Shown: positions 38,671-47,684 of the stretch, one piece after another
How the letters are laid out: each line of letters begins with the position of its first letter
How positions within the stretch are numbered: the stretch's first letter is position 1
NCBI GenBank assembly: GCA_963730935.1
Contig: CAVSTP010000004.1
Coordinates: 192,001 to 256,000 of the forward strand
Direction: 5' to 3'
Source: an uncultured Nitrospiraceae bacterium
Lineage (GTDB): Bacteria > Nitrospirota > Nitrospiria > Nitrospirales > Nitrospiraceae
Length of the DNA stretch: 64,000 bases
The notes under the pieces: generated by a model
What the model was told of the DNA's origin: nothing
What the model saw: the letters and a program-made list of their open reading frames with translations, nothing else
Database searches by the model: none
Program-made: the position numbers and the translations under genes

Positions 38671-40289
38671 TAATGTGTTCCTTTGTCGGCTGCAGGCGCT
38701 CGTTCTGCTGCAGGCATCTGAATGGTAAAGGTTGTTCCTTTGCCGGGCTCGCTGTCGACGGTGATCCGCCCGTCGTGAGCCCGCACGGTTTCCTGCACGA
38801 TGGCCAGCCCGAGACCCGTCCCGCGTCCGGCCTGTTTGGTGGTGAAAAAGGGTTGGAAAATCTGTACCGAGTGATCCGGTTTGATGCCATATCCGGTATC
38901 GGCGACTTCGATGGCCACTCCGCCCGCCTGATGCAAGCCTCGACCGAGGGTGACGGGATCAGCCAGCGCTGTGCGCAAGCACAACGACCCGCCGTTGGGC
39001 ATCGCTTGCAGCGCATTTTCTATGAGGTGGTTGAACGCTTCCTGCATGTGCTGGCGATCCGCCTCCACCGGCGGAAGATCCGCGGTCAGTTCGGTAATGC
39101 AAGCAATGTGCTGGCGTTCGCATTCGGTTCGGAACAGACTCGCACATTCGCGCAGACAGTCGTTGATGTCGATCTTTGTCCTCACCGGAGGTGCACGCCT
39201 CGTATACAGCAGCAGGTCCTGGATGATGCGTGACGTCCTCTCGATCTGAGCTTCCACGGTTTGCAAGCGCCCTCTGACCTTGGATGGGAGTGACAAATCC
39301 TCCATGAGCAATTGCACGTGGCCGGAGAGCGCGGTCAGGGGTGTGCCGATTTTGTGGGCAACGGTGGCGGCGAACTGGCCGATGGCCGAGAGTCGCTGGG
39401 CCCGTGCGGCCGCATGTTGTGCTGCTGAAAGCATTTCGTTCGTGCGTGCCAGAGCCTCATTTTTCGCGCGCAACTCCTCGCTCGTATGGCGCAAATCGGC
39501 TTCTGCCTGCTTGCGGTCGCTGATGTTGCGTGCGACGACGGCCAGGCCGGAAATCGTTTTATCAGAGCCCATCACGGCGAACGCCTGCACGTGCAGCCAT
39601 TCGGCACGTACATCGTCCTGCCGGCATTGGATTTCGTAGGCCAGCGGTTTCCCCGTCTCGCGAAGCTGCTGGAACCGGTCGGCCGGCAGGCCGAGTGAAG
39701 CCCACAAGGAGGCCGGCGGCTCGACGCTCAAGAGCGCATCGCGCGATGGGCCAAAGAGCCGCACGAAAGCGTCATTTACCTCGAGAAGCCTCCCGTCGAA
39801 CGTGGCGTAGGCGATGGCATCGTGCGAGGAGTGGAAGATGCTCATGAACCGTTCCTGTACCTCGTGGAGCGCCGCCTCCGCGCGCGCGCGGCCGTGCTGT
39901 TCCAATAAGAGGCGATAGCGCCCTTCGCTTTCACGCAGCGCCTCGGCGACCTGACGGTACTGCAGAAGAAACAGACCGGTGAACAGCAGCACGACAAGCC
40001 CGAGCCCCCGGTTAATCAAGGCCAGCTCGTACGAAATTCCCTCCTTCGTGTCGAGCATGCCGATGAGCAACAGCCCGCTGCTGATGCCCAATGCGACGCC
40101 GGTGTATTGAGGCAGAAGCTGCGTCGTCAAGACGACCGGAATGAGGTACAACAACCAGACAGCGACCCCCAACGGAAGGATGCGATCTGCCGCGAACGTG
40201 GCGAGCGTAACCGTCAGGAGAAGGATGATCGTCACGGCCATCCTGCTGCCTCTATCTATGCGTTCTGGTCGTTCCTCGTCTGTTCTCAT
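38670..40289 (-). CDS. Membrane PAS sensor histidine kinase
   Basis: N-terminal TMs, PAS, H-box AHKIGTPL, N-box ENALQAM, DTGYG, PFFTTK, GTGLGL. Confidence 0.92.
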   Translation of the reverse strand: MRTDEERPERIDRGSRMAVTIILLLTVTLATFAADRILPLGVAVWLLYLIPVVLTTQLLPQYTGVALGISSGLLLIGMLDTKEGISYELALINRGLGLVVLLFTGLFLLQYRQVAEALRESEGRYRLLLEQHGRARAEAALHEVQERFMSIFHSSHDAIAYATFDGRLLEVNDAFVRLFGPSRDALLSVEPPASLWASLGLPADRFQQLRETGKPLAYEIQCRQDDVRAEWLHVQAFAVMGSDKTISGLAVVARNISDRKQAEADLRHTSEELRAKNEALARTNEMLSAAQHAAARAQRLSAIGQFAATVAHKIGTPLTALSGHVQLLMEDLSLPSKVRGRLQTVEAQIERTSRIIQDLLLYTRRAPPVRTKIDINDCLRECASLFRTECERQHIACITELTADLPPVEADRQHMQEAFNHLIENALQAMPNGGSLCLRTALADPVTLGRGLHQAGGVAIEVADTGYGIKPDHSVQIFQPFFTTKQAGRGTGLGLAIVQETVRAHDGRITVDSEPGKGTTFTIQMPAAERAPAADKGTH

Positions 40290-40402
40290 GTCTCCGTTCG
40301 GGACAAGTTGTCCAGGCACATTGTCCGGTTCAAAAGTGGAGTATGACCTCTTTTATGGGCTTCTTCTTCGTAATTTCAATGGCCTATATCAAAATCGCAC
40401 GC

Positions 40403-40419
40403 CTGGCAGTCTTTGTGCT
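40403..40419 (+). promoter_or_regulatory. Putative sigma-54 promoter
   Basis: CTGGCAGTCTTTGTGCT upstream of the Zn-ribbon gene, divergent from the HK/NtrC pair. Confidence 0.45.
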
Positions 40420-40501
40420 TTACCAGAGGGATGAGTGATGGCGGAGCGAGAGAGTGCGTGCCGCCGGGCAATGAACCTTTCTCGGAGAAGGAGATGCCAG
40501 C

Positions 40502-40735
40502 ATGAGCTGTGAACGATGCGGAGGTTTCAAGGTGTTCGACTACTTCGACGGTCCGTTTCATTGCAGCGGGTATCGTTGCATCAACTGCGGCGCGATCACG
40601 GACATGCGGATTGCCATGACGACGCAGACCAGGACTGTCGTTCCCCCGCGTCGGACAAAACCCGTCCGGCGTACGTCACTTGTTGCGCCCCAAGCCGGGG
40701 CTGCTCATCCGGGTCAAACTGAACACCAGCCATGA
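40502..40735 (+). CDS. Small zinc-ribbon protein
   Basis: MSCERCGG...YRCINCG; AAGGAG RBS. Confidence 0.75.
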   Translation: MSCERCGGFKVFDYFDGPFHCSGYRCINCGAITDMRIAMTTQTRTVVPPRRTKPVRRTSLVAPQAGAAHPGQTEHQP

Positions 40736-40854
40736 ATCCACACCCCGTCCCAACCGTGCCGGTTGTTGACGCACGCCGGCACGCCGGAGGGTCCCCGAAC
40801 TGAACAGTTTAGGAATCAATGCTGATGTTAATGGAAGCTTTTGAACGGGAGCTT

Positions 40855-42051
40855 TCATGGCAAGCCTCCTCTCGGATCCCACCGATTCCCCGGATATTTA
40901 AGGCCAGTGTCCTCGAAGACTAGGGGGGAGTACACTGGGACAACCCCTAGGGCAATTTTCGCGTCCTCACGTTCCCTCTCGGTGCAGGCACGTTCAAACA
41001 CACAGTCGAGCCAGGGGGCTGAGCGGTATTGCCGTGACCGGCTGTCCGGCCAAAGCGCTGCGATGACCTGAAAGAGCGCCTTCACGGTTCGCTCTTCCGC
41101 GACTGCCCACCCGGCGAGATGACCGGGCGGAGTGGAGACGACCTGGTCCGGCACACAGCTGGCCAGCCGAAATCCATAGGATTCTGTCAGACGCTCGAGC
41201 TGGAGGGCTGAATAACCGTAAAGATAGGGAAATGTCAGGAGATTGTTGCAGGCCAACGCCACGTCGAACGGTCGGCGAAACTTCCAGGGAAGGAGAGAAC
41301 GCATCCGCAGCATCCACGCAAAGCAGGCTCCGTTCGGAACGCGCAACACCAAGACCCCGCCGTTGCGCAGCAAGAGAACGACCTGTTCCAAGAGGGGACG
41401 AGGGTCCGGCAGTTGATCGAAGGTATTCCAGACCACCACCGCGTCGAATGATGCTGGTGTGAATCGGGCCTCTTCGACAGTGCCTTCGAAGATGGGGAGC
41501 CCGCGCTCGCGGCAAAATGCCGCCACATCGTGGCCCGGATCAACGCCGACCATGTCCCAGCCCTGCTTTTGGCCTTCGAGCAGAAAGCCGCCGACAAAGC
41601 TGCCGATTTCCAAGATTCTCGGCCGTGACCGCTTCACGCATTTGGCCATATACCTGGCCAGCAGCGGCACCTTCGTCCTCGCCCAGCTTTGCTGCGTGGC
41701 GAGCTCGGCGCGAAGATATTCGTCATCATATCGTTCTGTCGCATAGGCCTTGGTGACGGTCTGTGCTGGTGGACGGGGATTGCGATACAAGAGTCCGCAG
41801 TCCAGACAGGTCACGATAGCGGTCGAATAGTCCTGAGTAAATTGGACGCGGTCGGTGGCTGTGGCTGTATCCTGCCGAGACCAGTGGCTGCGATAAAACG
41901 ACTCGAGGAAGCTGTGCTGCGCCGCGATGTCCTCTCCGGAACACACAAGACGAGAACGGCTGGAGCCGCAGAGATGGCATGCGACCCGCACAAGGGGCTG
42001 GTACTCAAGATCAACGGCTCCAGCGCTGTCCTTCCCTGCGATCGATCCCAT
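40855..42051 (-). CDS. Class I SAM-dependent methyltransferase with N-terminal CxxC...CxxC
   Basis: CHLCG, CLDCGL, ILEIGSFVG, GVDP, LLRNGGVLVLRVPN. Confidence 0.85.
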   Translation of the reverse strand: MGSIAGKDSAGAVDLEYQPLVRVACHLCGSSRSRLVCSGEDIAAQHSFLESFYRSHWSRQDTATATDRVQFTQDYSTAIVTCLDCGLLYRNPRPPAQTVTKAYATERYDDEYLRAELATQQSWARTKVPLLARYMAKCVKRSRPRILEIGSFVGGFLLEGQKQGWDMVGVDPGHDVAAFCRERGLPIFEGTVEEARFTPASFDAVVVWNTFDQLPDPRPLLEQVVLLLRNGGVLVLRVPNGACFAWMLRMRSLLPWKFRRPFDVALACNNLLTFPYLYGYSALQLERLTESYGFRLASCVPDQVVSTPPGHLAGWAVAEERTVKALFQVIAALWPDSRSRQYRSAPWLDCVFERACTEREREDAKIALGVVPVYSPLVFEDTGLKYPGNRWDPRGGLP

Positions 42052-42208
42052 ATCCCTCCACGGTAGGCTTCACCCTCCAACCAGCCAACTGGGCAGAACC
42101 CAAGAACGTTGTGTGCTCGCCTCAAAAAACGCCGTAGACCGAGAGCCATCGAAGAAGAAATGGAGGCCAGTAAGGAAGGCCACGAAGTTATACGTTCGTC
42201 CGACAGAA

Positions 42209-42226
42209 ACTAGGGGACTTCCCAGT
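42209..42226. promoter_or_regulatory. Palindromic box ACTAGGG-GACT-TCCCAGT
   Basis: Motif match in a divergent intergenic region. Confidence 0.55.
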
Positions 42227-42289
42227 GTGTTTGCTCTGGCATTCGGACTAGCGTTCTCTTGGTTGAACCCCTTAGGAGAGGAGGAGAAT

Positions 42290-42541
42290 ATGAATCGACT
42301 GCCGACCGCTTCTTCTTCTTTCACCCCAAACTATGACGGCATGTCGAGCGACATCACCGGGAAGATTGTCCAGATGGTGAAGCATCGACAGGCGTGCGAC
42401 ATGGAAGACTTACTGGAGGCGTGTCCATCGTACACGTGGAACCAAGTCTTTCTGGAGGTCGACCGTTTGAGCCGGACCGGTGAACTGCGTTTGTTTTCCA
42501 AGCGGGCCGGAAAGTATACGGTCACGCTTCCGGCCGCGTAA
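42290..42541 (+). CDS. Small winged-helix-like hypothetical protein
   Basis: GGAGG RBS; CPSYTWNQVFLEVDRLSRTGEL. Confidence 0.65.
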   Translation: MNRLPTASSSFTPNYDGMSSDITGKIVQMVKHRQACDMEDLLEACPSYTWNQVFLEVDRLSRTGELRLFSKRAGKYTVTLPAA

Positions 42542-42555
42542 CACGACACCATATT

Positions 42556-43281
42556 TCAGTCCATCGGCAGCACTTTCTGCGGCGCTCGATTGGCATGCTC
42601 ATAACGCCTGAGTGCCTGCGGTAACGACTGCGCAATCTGCTCCATACGACGATCGTAGGTGAAATGAAGGAGCACTTCGTCACGGGCGCCGTCTTGCTCT
42701 CGTTTCATCCGTTCCCATAGTCCCAATAGTTCGCGTGGGTCATAGCCGGCATCAGCCATCAGCTTGAGGCCCATTACATCCGTCTTTGATTCTTGCTCGC
42801 GCGTGAACAGCGCCGGTGGTTGCCCTGTCGTACTGACGCAGACCGGTGAGACTGGAATCTCGTCGTGGGCCAGTGCATGCATCAGTTCATGGCTAAGGAC
42901 GGCGGCCAGTCCTGATTCGGTTTCGGCGAGCCGGAACGTGCCCGTCGATATCACAATGCCGCCGTCCGGCCGCACGAACGAACGGGACAGCGTAGGGGTG
43001 TTGTACACGGCGATCACCCAGCACAAGGCACGGGCTCGAGATCCATAGTCGGACCGCCGCGCCGCGGCGATGAGGCGTGAGGTGACCCGCACCGCCGGCT
43101 CTAGGATGCGCGCATCGCTCACCAGCGGGGCGACGTCCGAAAGACCCGTCTGGCTTACGGAGCTTTCCTTCGTGAGAATTCTGATCATGGTCGGCGTCTG
43201 TACGACAGGGTCTCTGGCGCAGGCCTGTGCAGCGACACAGACAGCAAGCACCAACAAGCCATAATGACAGCGCGGTCGCAT
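42556..43281 (-). CDS. M48-family metallopeptidase (lipoprotein-like)
   Basis: LAAVLSHELMHAL, REQESKTD, AGYDP; start estimated. Confidence 0.8.
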   Translation of the reverse strand: MRPRCHYGLLVLAVCVAAQACARDPVVQTPTMIRILTKESSVSQTGLSDVAPLVSDARILEPAVRVTSRLIAAARRSDYGSRARALCWVIAVYNTPTLSRSFVRPDGGIVISTGTFRLAETESGLAAVLSHELMHALAHDEIPVSPVCVSTTGQPPALFTREQESKTDVMGLKLMADAGYDPRELLGLWERMKREQDGARDEVLLHFTYDRRMEQIAQSLPQALRRYEHANRAPQKVLPMD

Positions 43282-43315
43282 ATCACACCCTAAGGCCGAT
43301 TTCGCAGCAATCAAA

Positions 43316-43333
43316 ACTGGGGGATCGCCTAGT
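43316..43333. promoter_or_regulatory. Palindromic box ACTGGGG-GATC-GCCTAGT
   Basis: Motif match between the divergent M48 and OB-like genes. Confidence 0.6.
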
Positions 43334-43404
43334 GGAGGATGCGGCAGGCATACGGTGTAGTGAAACCAAGGCTTCACAACGACCGCCGGAGGGAGAGAGG
43401 ACTC

Positions 43405-43761
43405 ATGCGACAGAGACTCGTGCCGGGACAGCGCGTGTTGAATGCGAGTCTGATGACGTTCGTCGTCGCGTGGTCCATGTTTCCCTTGACTCTTCCCGAG
43501 GGTGCCGTCGCGCTCGAGCAACCTGATGCTCAGCACGAGGTCTCAGGCACGCTGGCCAAATTGGACCTTTCGGCGGGCAAGGGCATGCTGATGACCGATC
43601 TGCAAAAGCCGATCTTTTTTCGACTCGACCGCCCCGAGCTGTTCGAGCGGTTGTCTATTGGAGATCGGGTGACGATGCAGCTCGACGACGAAGGACGCGT
43701 GCTCAAAGTGATCGAGACGCTGCCGGCGGAAGTGCATGAGCCTCCGCCTCCCGCCAAATAG
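43405..43761 (+). CDS. Exported small beta-barrel (OB-like) protein
   Basis: VSGTLAKLDLSAGKGMLMTDL; paralog of 24771-25142. Confidence 0.7.
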   Translation: MRQRLVPGQRVLNASLMTFVVAWSMFPLTLPEGAVALEQPDAQHEVSGTLAKLDLSAGKGMLMTDLQKPIFFRLDRPELFERLSIGDRVTMQLDDEGRVLKVIETLPAEVHEPPPPAK

Positions 43762-43774
43762 AATCGGAGCCTCT

Positions 43775-44452
43775 GTGCAGACGCTGACACGGGCTATCCT
43801 GTGCGCGTCGATGGTGCCGCTGCTCGCGTCCTGTACCATTCCACGTGAAATCACGAAGACCGCCCGCAGCGCCATCGAACAACTGCTTCTGGCGGAAACC
43901 GTCAACCGCAGTCTCCTCGACGTCGCGCTGCCGCTCTCCATCGATGAACCTCTGTACATGGAAGTGAGCGGCCTCCAGTTGGGCTACCTGACTCCGCTCG
44001 TGCCGTTGCCATCTGTGTCATCCTCAGGAGAAGCGAGTACGATCACTTCGTCCACGAGCGGCTACTTTTCGCCGTCAGGCGATCTCGCCTTCGTCAAGGA
44101 TGCGGTCGCAGGCCATCTGAGCGTCTTGGGCTACCGCCTGGCCAAGCGCGAAGAGGACGCGTCCTATCTTGTGCGGGTGGTCGTGCAATCGTTTGGCACC
44201 AGCCAATCGATCTCGTTCTTCGGCATGCCGCCCGTACAAAGCGTGCTCATTCCATTTTCGTTGCCGCAATTGACGGTCTACCAACATCTTGCTCAGGACG
44301 GGTATGTCCGCTATGGCGTCCAGGTCATCGAACGGGCCTCCGGTCGCCTCTTCTATTCGACTCCCTGGCACAGCCACCGCACCTATCATGATCAGTACAC
44401 CTTCCTCTTCTTCTTCACTTTCCGCGTCACCGATTTGGAGGAGGCGCCGTGA
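43775..44452 (+). CDS. Hypothetical lipoprotein (DUF6655-like)
   Basis: Lipobox LASC; TARSAIEQLLL; start estimated. Confidence 0.65.
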   Translation: MQTLTRAILCASMVPLLASCTIPREITKTARSAIEQLLLAETVNRSLLDVALPLSIDEPLYMEVSGLQLGYLTPLVPLPSVSSSGEASTITSSTSGYFSPSGDLAFVKDAVAGHLSVLGYRLAKREEDASYLVRVVVQSFGTSQSISFFGMPPVQSVLIPFSLPQLTVYQHLAQDGYVRYGVQVIERASGRLFYSTPWHSHRTYHDQYTFLFFFTFRVTDLEEAP

Positions 44453-44516
44453 TACCCCTGAATGATGTGAAGGACTTATAAATCAGTATTTTCGAACGTT
44501 AAAATGCACACATATG

Positions 44517-44534
44517 ACTAGGGGTATCCCTAGT
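44517..44534. promoter_or_regulatory. Perfect palindromic box ACTAGGG-GTAT-CCCTAGT
   Basis: Perfect 7-4-7 inverted repeat upstream of the hybrid kinase pair. Confidence 0.7.
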
Positions 44535-44584
44535 AGGCAGAAGGGGCGACCCGGCCATAGTCTGCTCCCCTATTTGCGGTGCGC

Positions 44585-44623
44585 GTAGGTCGGCGCTACA
44601 TCCGTGTAGGTGGGCACTACATC
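44585..44623. repeat. Tandem 21-bp-period GTAG-N7-CTAC sites
   Basis: GTAGGTCGGCGCTACATC and GTAGGTGGGCACTACATC. Confidence 0.55.
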
Positions 44624-44711
44624 AGGGGGGCGCAATTCCGTCAGCTCGACGGATTTACCCATGACATGAAGGTTTTGAACGTTGTTCACTGAACGACGAG
44701 AGGGGCATTCT

Positions 44712-47645
44712 ATGACCGCAGAGATGGCCACGATCCTCAACGTCGACGATCAGGAACCAGGGAGGTATGCGAGGCGGCGCATGCTGGAGCGCGCCGGCTA
44801 TCGCGTCATCGATGCGAATTGCGGGGCGGATGCCTGGCGCGTGCTTGAGAACGTGCGCCCGCAACTCGTCCTGATGGACGTGAATTTGCCGGACATCAGC
44901 GGATTCGATCTGTGCCGGCGCATCAAGAGTCGGCCGGAGCTGGCCGACATCATGGTCCTGCACGTGTCGGCGTCCCGCGTCAGCGGAACGGATCGCGCGG
45001 TGGGGCTCGAGGTCGGTTCCGACGGGTACCTGATCGAGCCGATCGATGAAAAAGAATTGCACGCCGCGGTGCGATCGCTCTTGCGGTTGCGGGAGCGGCA
45101 GCAGGAAAACGAAGGCCTGCTGGCCCGCCTTCGCCGCAGTGAAGAGCTGTTCCGTGGCCTGTTTGAACAAGCCGCGGTGGGCATGTGCGTCGTGGGCTCG
45201 GACGGACGTCTGTTGCGCGTCAACGACAAGCTGTGCAGCATCACCGGCCGCGCCGAGCATGATCTGATGAAGCAGGAGCTGCGCGACTTGACGCACCCGG
45301 ACGATCGCGCCGAACATGAAAGCCAGGTGGGAACGCTCTTGCTCGGCGGCATTTCCGAAGTCTCGCTTGAACAGCGTCTCATGCGGCCGGATGGAGACAC
45401 CATCTGGGTCACGGTCACGCTGTCGATTCAATGGGACGCCGGAGGCCGCATTCAATCCTTGATCGGCGTGATCGAAGACATCGATGCGCGTAAGCGGGCA
45501 GAACTCGAACTCAGGACGCACACCGCCCGCCAGCAGCTGCTGAGCAAAACGATTGACCAGCTGCTTCGGGTCGACGATCCGGCCGACGTGATGCAGGACA
45601 TTTATGCCTCCCTGAGGACCAGCGTCGGGGTGGATACGTTCTTGGATTATGACGTCACGCCGGACAACGGTGGAATTCGCATGTCTGCCTGGGCGGGTAT
45701 TCCCGAAGAGGCGCTCGACCCGCTGATGTTTCTCAAATTCGGACAGGCGCTCTGCGGTACGTCGGCCGTGTCGCGGAAGCCGGTGATCGTCGAGCGCTTG
45801 CAGTCCTCGACCGATCCCAAAGCGTCCCGCATGCAAGCCGTCGGCTCCACGGCCTACGCCTGCTTCCCGCTGATTGTCGGCGATCGGCTTCTCGGCACGC
45901 TGGCCTTCGCCAGCAGCCACCGCCAAGCGTTCGATCCAGACGACCTGGAACTGCTGGAGGCCGTCTCCAATTATGTGGCCATGGCGAAGGAGCGCCGGCG
46001 CCTGCTTCATGAGACCAGGCAACGTGCCGAGCAAGTTGCGGAACAGGAAGAACGCCTCCGGTTTGCCACGGATGGAGCCGGCATGGGTACCTGGGACGTG
46101 GATTTGCGGACCGGACGAGTCGTCTGGAACCGCCAGAATGCGCTGCTGCTCGGGTACGACTCGGAAGCGTCTCAGGCCTCGACCAAGCGCTGGTGGGCGC
46201 TCGTGCACGAAGACGATCGACCCGCCGTCCGGCAGGCGATGAAAAATGCCAGGAATAACGGAAGCCTCTATCAGTCGGAGCACCGCATCCGTCGGGCCGA
46301 TACGGGCGAACTGCGGTGGCTCGCTCCCTACGGCCGTATCCATTATAGCGGCGACGGACGTCCCACACGCTTCGTCGGCGTGACGTTCGACGTCACCGAA
46401 CGCAAGCAGGCGGATATGCAGCGGCAGGAATGGACCAGGGAATTGGAGCGTCGTGTCAATGAACGAACGAAAGAGCTCGTCCGGACGCACGACCGCCTTC
46501 GCGGCCTGGCGCAAGATTTAACGCTCACGGAGCAACGAGAACGCCAGCGAATTGCCGGAGAACTGCACGACTACCTGGCGCAAATGCTGGTCGTGACGCG
46601 CCTGAAGATGAATCAGGCGTCTCAGATGATCGCCCCGCATCCCGCCTGTGCCGTGCTGCAGGAGGCGGATCAACTGATCGATCAAAGCCTTACGTACACG
46701 CGCACGGTCGTCGCCGAACTGATGCCGCCCACGTTGCGGCAATTTGGATTGGCAGCAGGCCTGCGCTGGTTGGGCGAACGGATGGAACAGCAGGGCCTGG
46801 TCGTGCATGTAGATGTGCCGCCGGTCGCCCCTCCGTTGTCCGAAGATCACACCACGATGCTGTTTCAGTGCGTGCGAGAGTTGTTGTTCAACGTGCTCAA
46901 GCACGCGGGGACCGATCGCGCGTCGGTCGAGATGGTGGAGGACGGTGAGGACAAGCTCAAAATCATCGTCCACGACGACGGCGTCGGCTGTGATCCTATT
47001 GCGATCCAGGAATCGAGGGGAGATAAGTTCGGCCTTTTCAGCATCCGAGAGCGGATGGAAGCGATCGACGGTTGGATGGACCTGGAGTCGCAGTCGGGCG
47101 CCGGCACAACGGTGACCCTAGGCGTTACGGTCGGCGCCGCCATGCCGGAGGAGGCAGCCACCAGCGGTGCGGATCAGCCGATGCTTGCCGCTCAACCGGG
47201 GAGAGCCACGCCGCTCACTGCTCACCAGGCCGTTCTCGAGCGGCCGGTGCGTGTGCTGCTTGTGGACGATCATGCGATGGTGCGGCAGGGGCTGCGAAGC
47301 ATCCTGGATGGATACCCCAATCTGGACATCATCGCCGAGGCCGGGGACGGAGAAGAGGCAATTACGCTCGCGCGTCTGCTCAAGCCGGATTTGATCGTGA
47401 TGGACGTCAACATGCCAAGGCTCGACGGCATCGAAGCGACCAGACGGATCCGGGAGGAATTGCCGAGCACCTACGTGATCGGTCTGTCGGTGAATGAAGC
47501 GGAACACATCGTCAAATCGATGAAAGCCGCCGGCGCCGCCGCATTTCTCACGAAAGAAAGCGCGGCCGATCACTTGTACGAGACGATTGGGGCGGTGACA
47601 CGAAAGATCAATGTCGAATGTTCAATGGATGCATCCCTTCGGTAG
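44712..47645 (+). CDS. Hybrid histidine kinase REC-PAS-GAF-PAS-HisKA_3-HATPase-REC
   Basis: N-terminal receiver, HPDD PAS, GAF (CGTSA), ERQRIAGELHD, NVLKHA, DDGVG, FGLFSIRER, C-terminal receiver. Confidence 0.93.
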   Translation: MTAEMATILNVDDQEPGRYARRRMLERAGYRVIDANCGADAWRVLENVRPQLVLMDVNLPDISGFDLCRRIKSRPELADIMVLHVSASRVSGTDRAVGLEVGSDGYLIEPIDEKELHAAVRSLLRLRERQQENEGLLARLRRSEELFRGLFEQAAVGMCVVGSDGRLLRVNDKLCSITGRAEHDLMKQELRDLTHPDDRAEHESQVGTLLLGGISEVSLEQRLMRPDGDTIWVTVTLSIQWDAGGRIQSLIGVIEDIDARKRAELELRTHTARQQLLSKTIDQLLRVDDPADVMQDIYASLRTSVGVDTFLDYDVTPDNGGIRMSAWAGIPEEALDPLMFLKFGQALCGTSAVSRKPVIVERLQSSTDPKASRMQAVGSTAYACFPLIVGDRLLGTLAFASSHRQAFDPDDLELLEAVSNYVAMAKERRRLLHETRQRAEQVAEQEERLRFATDGAGMGTWDVDLRTGRVVWNRQNALLLGYDSEASQASTKRWWALVHEDDRPAVRQAMKNARNNGSLYQSEHRIRRADTGELRWLAPYGRIHYSGDGRPTRFVGVTFDVTERKQADMQRQEWTRELERRVNERTKELVRTHDRLRGLAQDLTLTEQRERQRIAGELHDYLAQMLVVTRLKMNQASQMIAPHPACAVLQEADQLIDQSLTYTRTVVAELMPPTLRQFGLAAGLRWLGERMEQQGLVVHVDVPPVAPPLSEDHTTMLFQCVRELLFNVLKHAGTDRASVEMVEDGEDKLKIIVHDDGVGCDPIAIQESRGDKFGLFSIRERMEAIDGWMDLESQSGAGTTVTLGVTVGAAMPEEAATSGADQPMLAAQPGRATPLTAHQAVLERPVRVLLVDDHAMVRQGLRSILDGYPNLDIIAEAGDGEEAITLARLLKPDLIVMDVNMPRLDGIEATRRIREELPSTYVIGLSVNEAEHIVKSMKAAGAAAFLTKESAADHLYETIGAVTRKINVECSMDASLR

Positions 47646-47684
47646 GAGTACATTGGACGTTCCAGCTCTGCAATTGCTCTTTCG

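Noticed and set aside
40676..40858. Small minus-strand ORF MKAPVQK... with GGAGG RBS and an upstream box
   Set aside because: Overlaps the convergent Zn-ribbon gene and has no recognisable features; left unresolved
44655..46514. 619-aa minus-strand ORF
   Set aside because: Antisense shadow of the hybrid kinase; no motifs, and such ORFs are common at high GC
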